A program made the translations under genes and the position numbers. The notes beneath the pieces are model-generated. The model saw only the letters and a program-made list of their open reading frames with translations. It searched no databases and was not told the origin of the DNA. Shown one piece after another: positions 49,174-61,100 of a DNA stretch of 64,000 nucleotides (positions within the stretch are counted from its first letter, which is position 1; the number at the start of each line of letters is the position of its first letter). The DNA comes from Eledone cirrhosa. Taxonomy: Eukaryota. The DNA lies in assembly GCA_964016885.1 (NCBI GenBank), contig OZ024740.1, positions 8,804,001 through 8,868,000 of the forward strand. Reading direction: 5' to 3'.

Positions 49174-52100
49174 TATATCAGTTTCGATTGGTATATCAGT
49201 TTCGATTGGTATATCAGTTTCGATTGGTATGTCAGTTTTATTGGTATGTCAATTTCGATTGGTATATCAGTTTCGATTGGTATGTCAGTCTCTATTGGTA
49301 TATCAGTTTATATTTGTATGTCAGTTTCGATTGGTATGTCAGTTTCTATTGGTATACCAGTTTTGATTGGTATGTTAGTTTCTATTGGTATGTCAGTTCC
49401 GATTGGTATGTTAGTCCTCGATTCGTGTGTCAGTTTCTATTGGTATATCAATTTCGATTGGTAGGTCAGTTTCTATTGGTATATCAGTTTCTATTGGTAT
49501 GTCAGTTTTGATTGGTATGTCAGTTTCTATTGGTATGTCAGTTTCTATTGGTATATCAGTTTCGATTGTTATATCAGTTTCTATTGTTACATCAGTTCCG
49601 ATTGGTATATCAGTTTCGATTAGTATATCAGTTTCTATTGGTATATCAGTCCCGATTGGTATATCAGTTTCGATTGGTATGTCAGTTTCTATTGGTATAT
49701 CAGTCTCGATTGATATATCAGTTTCAATTAGTATGTCAGTTTCTATTGGTATGTCAGTTTCGATTAGTATATCAGTTTCTATTGGTATATCAGTTTCGAT
49801 TGGTATGTCAGTTTCTATTGGTATATCAGTTTCGATTGGTATATCAGTTTCGATTGGTATATAAGCTGCGATTGGTATGTTAGTTTCTATTGGTATGTCA
49901 GTTTCTATTGGTATATCGATTTCGATTGGTAGGTCAGTTTCTATTGGTATGTCAGTTTCAATTTGTATGTCAGTTTCTATTGGTATGTCAGTTTCTATTG
50001 ATATATCAGTTTCGATTGGTATGTCAGTTTCGATTGGTTTGTCAGTTTCTATTGGTATATCAGTTTCGATTGGTATGTCAGTTTTGATTGGTATGTCAGT
50101 TTCTATTATTATATCAGTTTCTATTGTTATGTGAGTTTAAATTGGTATATCAGTTTCTATTGGTATATCAGTTCCGATTGGTATATCAGTTTCGATTGGT
50201 ATATCACTTTCTATTGGTATATCAGTTCCGATTGGTATATCAGTTTCAATTGGTATGTCAGTTTCTATTGGTATATCAGTTTCGATTGATATATCAGTTT
50301 CAATTAGTATGTCAGTTTCTATTGGTATGTCAGTTTCGATTAGTATATCAGTTTCTATTGGTATGTCAGTTTCGATTTGTATGTCAGTTTCTATTGGTAT
50401 ATCAGTTTTGATTGGTATATCAGTTTTGATTGGTATATCAGTTTCGATTGGTATGTCAGTTTCGATTAGTATATCAGTTTCTATTGGTATGTCAGTTTCG
50501 ATTGGTATGTTAGTCCTCGATTTGTATGTCAGTTTCTATTGGTATATCAATTTTGATTGGTATATCAATTTTGATTGGTATGTCAGTTTCTATTGGTATG
50601 TCAGTTTCTATTGGTATATCAATTTCGATTGGTATTTCAGTTTCGATTTGTATATCAGTTTCGATCCGTATGTCAATTTCGATTGGTATGTCAGTTTCGA
50701 TTGGTATATCAGTTTCGATTGATATATCAGTTTCGATTGGTATATCGGTTTCCATTGGTATATCAGTTTTGATTGGTATATCAGTTTCTATTTTTATATC
50801 AGTTTCTATTGGTATGTCAGTTTCGAATGGTATGTCAGTTTCTATTGCTGTATCAGTTTCGATTGGTATATCAGTTTCTATTGGTATATCAGTTCCGATT
50901 GGTATATCAGTTTCGATTGGTATATCAGTTTCTATTGGTATATCAGTTCCGATTGGTATATCAGTTTCGATTGGTATGTCAGTTTCTATTGGTATATCAG
51001 TTTCGATTGGCATATCAGTTTTGATTGGTATGTCAGTTTCTATTTGTATATCAGTTTCTTTTGTATGTCAGTTTCGATTGGTATGTCAGTTTCTATTGGT
51101 ATATCAGTTGTTATTGGTATGTTAGATTCTATTGGTATGTCAGGTCCGATTGGTATGTTAGTCCGCGATTCGTACGTCAGTTTCTATTGGTATATCAATT
51201 TCGATTGGTATGTCAGTTTCTATTGGTCTGTCAGTTTCTATTGGTATATCAGTTTCGATTGGTATGTCAGTTTCGATTAGTATATCAGTTTCTATTGGTA
51301 TGTCAGTTTCTATTGGTATATCAATTTCGATTGGTATATCAGTTTCTATTGGTATGTCTGTTTCGATTCGTATGTCAGTTTCGATTGGTACATCAGTTTC
51401 GATTGGTAAGTCAGTTTCGATTTGTATGTCAATTTTGATTGGTATGTCAGTTTCGATTAGTATGTCAGTTTTGATAGGTATGTCAGTTTCTATTGGTATA
51501 TCAGTTTTGATTGGTATATCAGTTTCTATTGGTATAACAGTTCCGATTGGTATGTCAGTTTCGATTGGTATATCAGTTTCTATTGGTATATCAGTTTCGA
51601 TTGATATACCAGTTTTGATTAGTATGTCAGTTTCTATTGGTATGCCAGTTTCGATTGGTATGTCAGTTTCTATTGGTATATCAGTTTCGATTGATATATC
51701 AGTTTCGATTGGTATATCAGTTTATATTTGTATGTCAGTTTCGATTGGTATGTCAGTTTCTATTGGTATACCAGTTTTGATTGGTATGTTAGTTTCTATT
51801 GGTATGTCAGTTCCGATTGGTATGTTAGTCCTCGATTCGTATGTCAGTTTCTATTGGTATATCAATTTCTATTGGTATGTCAGTTTTGATTGGTATGTCA
51901 GTTTCTATTGGTATATCAGTTTCGATCGTTATATCAGTTTCTATTGTTACATCAGTTCCGATTGGTATATCAGTTTCGATTAGTATATCAGTTTCTATTG
52001 GTATATCAGTCCCGATTGGTATATCAGTTTCGATTGGTATGTCAGTTTCTATTGGTATATCAGTCTCGATTGATATATCAGTTTCAATTAGTATGTCAGT

Positions 52101-55100
52101 TTCTAATGATATGTCAGTTTCGATTAGTATATCAGTTTCTATTGGTATATCAGTTTCGATTGGTATGTCAGTTTCTATTGGTATATCAGTTTCGATTGGT
52201 ATATCAGTTTCGATTGGTATATAAGTTGCGATTGGTATGTCAGTTTCTATTGGTATGTCAGTTTCTATTGGTATATCGATTTCGATTGGTAGGTCAGTTT
52301 CTATTGGTATCTCAGTTTCAATTTGTATGTCAGTTTCTATTGGTATGTCAGTTTCTATTGGTATATCAGTTTCTATTTGTATGTCAGTTTCGATTGGTAT
52401 GTCAGTTTCTATTGGTATATCAGTTTCGATTGGTAAGTTAGTTTCTATTGTTATGTCAGTTTCTATTATTATATCAGTTTCTATTGGTATGTGAGTTTAA
52501 ATTGGTATATCAGTTTCTATTGGTATATCAGTTCCGATTGGTATACCAGTTTCGATTGGTATATCAGTTTCTATTGGTATATCAGTTCCGATTGGTATAT
52601 CAGTTTCGATTGGTATGTCAGTTTCTATTGGTATATCAGTTTCGATTGGCATATCAGTTTTGATTGGTATGTCAGTTTCTATTTGTATATCAGTTTCTTT
52701 TGTATGTCAGTTTCGATTAGTATATCAGTTTCTATTGTTATGTCAGTTTCGATTGGTATGTCAGTTTCTATTGGTATATCAGCTTTGATTGGTATATCAG
52801 TTTCGATTGGTATGTCAGTTTCGATTAGTATATCAGTTTCTATTGGTATGTCAGTTTCGATTGGTATGTTAGTCCTCTATTTGTTTCTATTGGTTTATCA
52901 ATTTCTATTGGTTTATCAGTTTCTATTGGTTTATCAATTTCGATTGGTATGTCAGTTTCTATTGCTCTGTTAGTTTCTATTGGTATATCAGTTTCTATTG
53001 GTATGTCAATTTTGATTAGTATGTCAGTTTCTATTGGTATATCAGTTTCGATTGGTATATCAGTTTCTATTGGTATATCTGTTCCGATTGGTCTATCAGT
53101 TTCTATTGGTATGTGAGTTTAAATTGGTATATCAGTTTCTATTGGTATGTCAGTTTCTATTGGTATATCAGTTTTGATTGGTATATCAGTTTCTATTGGT
53201 ATAACAGTTCCGATTGGTATGTCAGTTTCGATTGGTATATCAGTTTCTATTGGTATATCAGCTTCGATTGATATACCAGTTTCGATTAGTATGTGAGTTT
53301 CTATTGGTATGTCAGTTTCGATTAGTATATCAGTTTCTATTGGTATGCCAGTTTCGATTGGTATGTCAGTTTCTATTGGTATATCAGTTTCGATTGGTAT
53401 ATCAGTTTCGATTGGTATATCAGTTTATATTTGTATGTCAGTTTCGATTGGTATGTCAGTTTCTATTGGTATACCAGTTTTGATTGGTATGTTAGTCTCT
53501 ATTGGTATGTCAGTTCCAATTGGTATGTTAGTCCTCGATTCGTATGTCAGTTTCTATTGATATATCAATTTCTATTGGTATGTCAGTTTTGATTGGTATG
53601 TCAGTTTCTATTGGTATATCAGTTTCGATTGTTATATCAGTTTCTATTGTTACATCAGTTCCGATTGGTATATCAGTTTCGATTAGTATATCAGTTTCTA
53701 TTGGTATATCAGTCCCGATTGGTATATCAGTTTCGATTGGTATGTCAGTTTCTATTGGTATATCAGTCTCGATTGATATATCAGTTTCAATTAGTATGTC
53801 AGTTTCTAATGGTATGTCAGTTTCGATTAGTATATCAGTTTCTATTGGTATATCAGTTTCGATTGGTATGTCAGTTTCTATTGGTATATCAGTTTCGATT
53901 GGTATATCAGCTTCGATTGGTATATAAGTTGCGATTGGTATGTCAGTTTCTATTGGTATGTCAGTTTCTATTGGTATATCGATTTCGATTGGTAGGTCAG
54001 TTTCTATTGGTATGTCAGTTTCAATTTGTATGTCAGTTTCTATTGGTATGTCAGTTTCTATTGGTATATCAGTTTCTATTTGTATGTCAGTTTCGATTGG
54101 TATGTCAGTTTCTATTGGTATATCAGTTTCGATTGGTAAGTTAGTTTCTATTGTTATGTCAGTTTCTATTATTATATCAGTTTCTATTGGTATGTGAGTT
54201 TAAATTGGTATATCAGTTTCTATTGGTATATCAGTTCCGATTGGTATATCAGTTTCGATTGGTCTATCAGTTTCTATTGGTATATCAGTTCCGATTGGTA
54301 TATCAGTTTCGATTGGTATGTCAGTTTCTATTGGTATATCAGTTTCGATTGGCATATCAGTTTTGATTGGTATGTCAGTTTCTATTTGTATATCAGTTTC
54401 TTTTGTATGTCAGTTTCGATTGGTATGTCAGTTTCTATTGGTATATCAGTTTTTATTGGTATGTTAGATTCTATTGGTATGTCAGGTCCGATTGGTATGT
54501 TAGTCCCCGATTTGTACGTCAGTTTCTATTGGTATATAAGTTTATATTTGTATGTCAGTTTCGATTGGTATGTCAGTTTCTATTGGTATACCAGTTTTGA
54601 TTGGTATGTTAGTTTCTATTGGTATGTCAGTTCCGATTGGTATGTTAGTCCTCGATTCGTATGTCAGTTTCTATTGGTATATCAATTTCGATTGGTAGGT
54701 CAGTTTCTATTGGTATATCAGTTTCTATTGGTATGTCAGTTTTGATTGGTATGTCAGTTTCTATTGGTATGTCAGTTTCTATTGGTATATCAGTTTCGAT
54801 TGTTATATCAGTTTCTATTGTTACATCAGTTCCGATTGGTATATCAGTTTCGATTAGTATATCAGTTTCTATTGGTATATCAGTCCCGATTGGTATATCA
54901 GTTTCGATTGGTATGTCAGTTCCTATTGGTATATCAGTCTCGATTGATATATCAGTTTCAATTAGTATGTCAGTTTCTATTGGTATGTCAGTTTCGATTA
55001 GTATATCAGTTTCTACTGGTATATCAGTTTCGATTGGTATGTCAGTTTCTATTGGTATATCAGTTTCGATTGGTATATCAGTTTCGATTGGTATATCAGT

Positions 55101-58100
55101 TTCGATTGGTATGTCAGTTTTATTGGTATGTCAATTTCGATTGGTATATCAGTTTCGATTGGTATGTCAGTCTCTATTGGTATATCAGTTTATATTTGTA
55201 TGTCAGTTTCGATTGGTATGTCAGTTTCTATTGGTATACCAGTTTTGATTGGTATGTTAGTTTCTATTGGTATGTCAGTTCCGATTGGTATGTTAGTCCT
55301 CCATTTGCATGTCAGTTTCTATTGGTATATCAATTTCTATTGGTATGTCAGTTTTGATTGGTATGTCAGTTTCTATTGGTGTATCAGTTTCGATTGTTAT
55401 ATCAGTTTCTATTGTTACATCAGTTCCGATTGGTATATCAGTTTCGATTAGTATATCAGTTTCTATTGGTATATCAGTCCCGATTGGTATATCAGTTTCG
55501 ATAGGTATGTCAGTTTCTATTGGTATATCAGTCTCGATTGATATATCAGTTTCAATTAGTATGTCAGTTTCTAATGGTATGTCAGTTTCGATTAGTATAT
55601 CAGTTTCTATTGGTATATCAGTTTCGATTGGTATGTCAGTTTCTATTGGTATATCAGTTTCGATTGGTATATCAGTTTCGATTGGTATATAAGTTGCGAT
55701 TGGTATGTCAGTTTCTATTGGTATGTCAGTTTCCATTGGTATATCGATTTCGATTGGTAGGTCAGTTTCTATTGGTATGTCAGTTTCAATTTGTATGTCA
55801 GTTTCTATTGGTATGTCAGTTTCTATTGGTATATCAGTTTCTATTTGTATGTCAGTTTCGATTGGTATGTCAGTTTCTATTGGTATATCAGTTTCGATTG
55901 GTAAGTTAGTTTCTATTGTTATGTCAGTTTCTATTATTATATCAGTTTCTATTTGTATGTGAGTTTAAATTGGTATATCAGTTTCTATTGGTATATCAGT
56001 TCCGATTGGTATATCAGTTTCGATTGGTATATCAGTTTCTATTGGTATATCAGTTCCGATTGGTATATCAGTTTCGATTGGTATATCAGTTTCTATTGGT
56101 ATATCAGTTCCGATTGGTATATCAGTTTCGATTGGTATATCAGTTTCTATTGGTATATCAGTTTCTATTGGTATATCAGTTTCGATTGATATATCAGTTT
56201 CGATTAGTATGTCAGTTTCTATTGGTATGTCAGTTTCGATTAGTATATCAGTTTCTATTGGTATGTCAGTTTCGATTGGTATGTCAGTTTCTATTGGTAT
56301 ATCAGCTTTGATTGGTATATCAGTTTCGATTGGTATGTCAGTTTCGATTAGTATATCAGTTTCTATTGGTATGTCAGTTTCGATTGGTATGTTAGTCCTC
56401 TATTTGTATGTCAGTTTCTATTGGTATATCAATTTCGATTGGTATGTCAGTTTCTATTGGTATGTCAGTTTCTATTGGTATATCAGTTCCGATTGGTATG
56501 TCAGTTTCGATTGGTATATCAGTTTCTATTGGTATATCAGTTTCGATTGATATACCAGTTTCGATTAGTATGTCAGTTTCTATTGGTATGTCAGTTTCGA
56601 TTAGTATATCAGTTTCTATTGGTATGCCAGTTTCGATTGGTATGTCAGTTTCTATTGGTATATCAGTTTCGATTGGTATATCAGTTTCGATTGGTATATC
56701 AGTTTCGATTGGTATGTCAGTTTATATTGGTATGTCAGTTTCTATTGGTATGTCACTTTCAATTGGTATATCAGTTTCGATTGATATGTCAGTTTTATTG
56801 GTATGTCAATTTCGATTGGTATATCAGTTTCGATTGGTATGTCAGTCTCTATTGGTATATCAGTTTATATTTGTATGTCAGTTTCGATTGGTATGCCAGT
56901 TTCTATTGGTATATCAGTTTTTATTGGTATGTTAGTTTCTATTGGTATGTCAGTTCCGATTGGTATGTTAGTCCGCGATTCGTACGTCAGTTTCTATTGG
57001 TTTATCAATTTCGATTGGTATGTCAGTTTCTATTGCTCTGTTAGTTTCTATTGGTATATCAGTTTCTATTGGTATGTCAATTTTGATTAGTATGTCAGTT
57101 TCTATTGGTATATCAGTTTCGATTGGTATATCAGTTTCTATTGGTATATCTGTTCCGATTGGTCTATCAGTTTCGATTGGTATGTCAGTTTCGATTAGTA
57201 TATCAGTTTCTATTGGTATGTCAGTTATGATTGGTATGTCAGTTTCTATTGGTATATCAGTTTCTATTGGTATATCAGTTTCTATTGGTATGTCACTTTC
57301 TATTGGTATGTCACTTTCTATTGGTATGTTAGTCCTCGTTTTGTATGTCAGTTTCTATTGGTATATCAATTTCGATTGGTATGTCAGTTTCTATTGGTAT
57401 GTCAGTTTCTATTGGTATATCAATTTCGATTGGTATGTCAGTTTCGATTTGTATATCAGTTTCGATTCGTATGTCAGTTTCGATTTGTATGTCAGTTTCG
57501 ATTGGTATGTCAGTTTCGATTTGTATGTCAGTTTCGATTGGTATATCAGTTTCGATTAGTATGTCAGTATCTATTGGTATGTCGGTTTCCATTGGTATAT
57601 CAGTTTCAATTGGTATGTCAGTTTCTATTGGTATATCAGTTACTATTGGTATGTCAGTTTTGATAGGTATGTCAGTTTCTATTGGTATATCAGTTTTGAT
57701 TGGTATATCAGTTTCTATCGGTATATCAGTTCCGATTGGTATATCAGTTTCGATTGGTATATCAGTTTCTATTGGTATATCAGTTTCGATTGATATACCA
57801 GTTTCGAATAGTATGTCAGTTTCTATTGGTATGTCAGTTTCGATTAGTATATCAGTTTCTATTGGTATGCCAGTTTCGATTTGTATGTCAGTTTCTATTG
57901 GTATATCAGTTTCGATTGGTATATCAGTTTCGATTGGTATATCAGTTTCGATTGGTATGTCAGTTTATATTGGTATGTCAGTTTCTATTGGTATGTCACT
58001 TTCAATTGGTATATCAGTTTCGATTGATATGTCAGTTTTATTGGTATGTCAATTTCGATTGGTATATCAGTTTCGATTGGTATGTCAGTCTCTATTGGTA

Positions 58101-61100
58101 TATCAGTTTATATTTGTATGTCAGTTTCGATTGGTATGTCAGTTTCTATTGGTATACCAGTTTTGATTGGTATGTTAGTTTCTATTGGTATGTCAGTTCC
58201 GATTGGTATGTTAGTCTTCGATTCGTATGTCAGTTTCTATTGGTATATCAATTTCGATTGGTAGGTCAGTTTCTATTGGTATATCAGTTTCTATTGGTAT
58301 GTCAGTTTTGATTGGTATGTCAGTTTCTATTGGTATGTCAGTTTCTATTGGTATATCAGTTTCGATTGTTATATCAGTTTCTATTGTTACATCAGTTCCG
58401 ATTGGTATATCAGTTTCGATTAGTATATCAGGTACTATTGGTATATCAGTCCCGATTGGTATATCAGTTTCGATTGGTATGTCAGTTCCTATTGGTATAT
58501 CAGTCTCGATTGATATATCAGTTTCAATTAGTATGTCAGTTTCTATTGGTATGTCAGTTTCGATTAGTATATCAGTTTCTACTGGTATATCAGTTTCGAT
58601 TGGTATGTCAGTTTCTATTGGTATGTCAGTTTCTATTGGTATATCGATTTCGATTGGTAGGTCAGTTTCTATTGGTATGTCAGTTTCAATTTGTATGTCA
58701 GTTTCTATTGGTATGTCAGTTTCTATTGATATATCAGTTTCTATTTGTATCTCAGTTTCGATTGGTATGTCAGTTTCTATTGGTATATCAGTTTCGATTG
58801 GTAAGTTAGTTTCTATTGTTATGTCAGTTTCGATTAGTTTATCAGTTCCTACTGGTATATCAGTTTCGATTGGTATGTCAGTTTCTATTGGTATGTCAGT
58901 TTCTATTGGTATATCGATTTCGATTGATATGTCAGTTTCGATTTGTTTGTCAGTTTCTATTGGTATATCAGTTTCGATTGGTATGTCAGTTTTGATTGGT
59001 ATGTCAGTTTCTATTATTATATCAGTTTCTATTGGTATGTGAGTTTAAATTGGTATATCAGTTTCTATTGGTATATCAGTTCCGATTGGTATATCAGTTT
59101 CGATTGGTATATCAGTTTCTATTGGTATATCAGTTCCGATTGGTATATCAGTTTCGATTGGTATGTCAGTTTCTATTGGTATATCAGTTTCTATTGTTAT
59201 ATCAATTTCGATTGGTATATCACTTTCGATTGGTATGTCAGTTTCTATTTGTATATCAGTATCTTTTGTATGTCAGTTTCGATTGGTATGTCATTTTCTA
59301 TTGGTATATCAGTTTTTATTGGTATGTTAGATTCTATTGGTATGTCAGGTCTGATTGGTATGTTAGTCCGCGATTCGTACGTCAGTTTCTATTGGTATAT
59401 CAATTTTGATTGGTATGTCAGTTTCTATTGGTCTGTCAGTTTCTATTGGTATATCAGTTTCGATTGGTATGTCAGTTTCGATTAGTATATCAGTTTCTAT
59501 TGGTATGTCAGTTTCTATTGGTATATCAATTTCGATTGGTATATCAGTTTCTATTGGTATGTCAGTTTCGATTCGTATGTCAGTTTCGATTGGTACATCA
59601 GTTTCGATTGGTAAGTCAGTTTCGATTTGTATGTCAATTTTGATTGGTATGTCAGTTCCGATTAGTATGTCAGTTTTGATATGTATGTCAGTTTCTATTG
59701 GTATATCAGTTTTGATTGGTATATCAGTTTCTATTGGTATATCAGTTCCGATTGGTATGTCAGTTTCGATTGGTATATCAGTTTCTATTGGTATATCAGT
59801 TTCGATTGATATACCAGTTTCGATTAGTATGTCAGTTTCTATTGGTATGTCAGTTTCGATTAGTATATCAGTTTCTATTGGTATGCCAGTTTCGATTTGT
59901 ATGTCAGTTTCTATTGGTATATCAGTTTCGATTGGTATATCAGTTTCGATTGGTATATCAGTTTCGATTGGTATGTCAGTTTATATTGGTATGTCAGTTT
60001 CTATTGGTATGTCACTTTCAATTGGTATATCAGTTTCGATTGATATGTCAGTTTTATTGGTATGTCAATTTCGATTGGTATATCAGTTTCGATTGGTATG
60101 TCAGTCTCTATTGGTATATCAGTTTATATTTGTATGTCAGTTTCGATTGGTATGTCAGTTTCTATTGGTATACCAGTTTTGATTGGTATGTTAGTTTCTA
60201 TTGGTATGTCAGTTCCGATTGGTATGTTAGTCCTTGATTCGTATGTCAGTTTCTATTGGTATATCAATTCCGATTGGTAGGTCAGTTTCTATTGGTATAT
60301 CAGTTTCTATTGGTATGTCAGTTTTGATTGGTATGTCAGTTTCTATTGGTATGTCAGTTTCTATTGGTATATCAGTTTCGATTGTTATATCAGTTTCTAT
60401 TGTTACATCAGTTCCGATTGGTATATCAGTTTCGATTAGTATATCAGGTACTATTGGTATATCAGTCCCGATTGGTATATCAGTTTTGATTGGTATGTCA
60501 GTTCCTATTGGTATATCAGTCTCGATTGATATATCAGTTTCAATTAGTATGTCAGTTTCTATTGGTATGTCAGTTTCGATTAGTATATCAGTTTCTACTG
60601 GTATATCAGTTTCGATTGGTATGTCAGTTTCTATTGGTATGTCAGTTTCTATTGGTATATCGATTTCGATTGGTAGGTCAGTTTCTATTGGTATGTCAGT
60701 TTCAATTTGTATGTCAGTTTCTATTGGTATGTCAGTTTCTATTGATATATCAGTTTCTATTTGTATCTCAGTTTCGATTGGTATGTCAGTTTCTATTGGT
60801 ATATCAGTTTCGATTGGTAAGTTAGTTTCTATTGTTATGTCAGTTTCGATTAGTTTATCAGTTTCTACTGGTATATCAGTTTCGATTGGTATGTCAGTTT
60901 CTATTGGTATGTCAGTTTCTATTGGTATATCGATTTCGATTGATATGTCAGTTTCGATTTGTTTGTCAGTTTCTATTGGTATATCAGTTTCGATTGGTAT
61001 GTCAGTTTTGATTGGTATGTCAGTTTCTATTATTATATCAGTTTCTATTGGTATGTGAGTTTAAATTGGTATATCAGTTTCTATTGGTATATCAGTTCCG

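Larger units (their letters stand above)
29038..50050 (+). repeat. Three near-tandem higher-order blocks of about 4.4-5.9 kb (approx. 29038-33667, 33668-39576, 39577-50050; the last is interrupted by CR1)
   Basis: ORF-pair offsets of 4630 (29904/34534), 4396 (31837/36233, 32828/37224), 5224 (36233/41457, 38161/43385) and 10474 = 5224+5250 across the CR1 insertion (38953/49427). Confidence 0.85.

Noticed and set aside
43929-49178. CR1 insert size (5250 bp) nearly equals the 5224-bp higher-order block
   Set aside because: No mechanism links the two, and neighbouring blocks have other sizes. Treated as coincidence.
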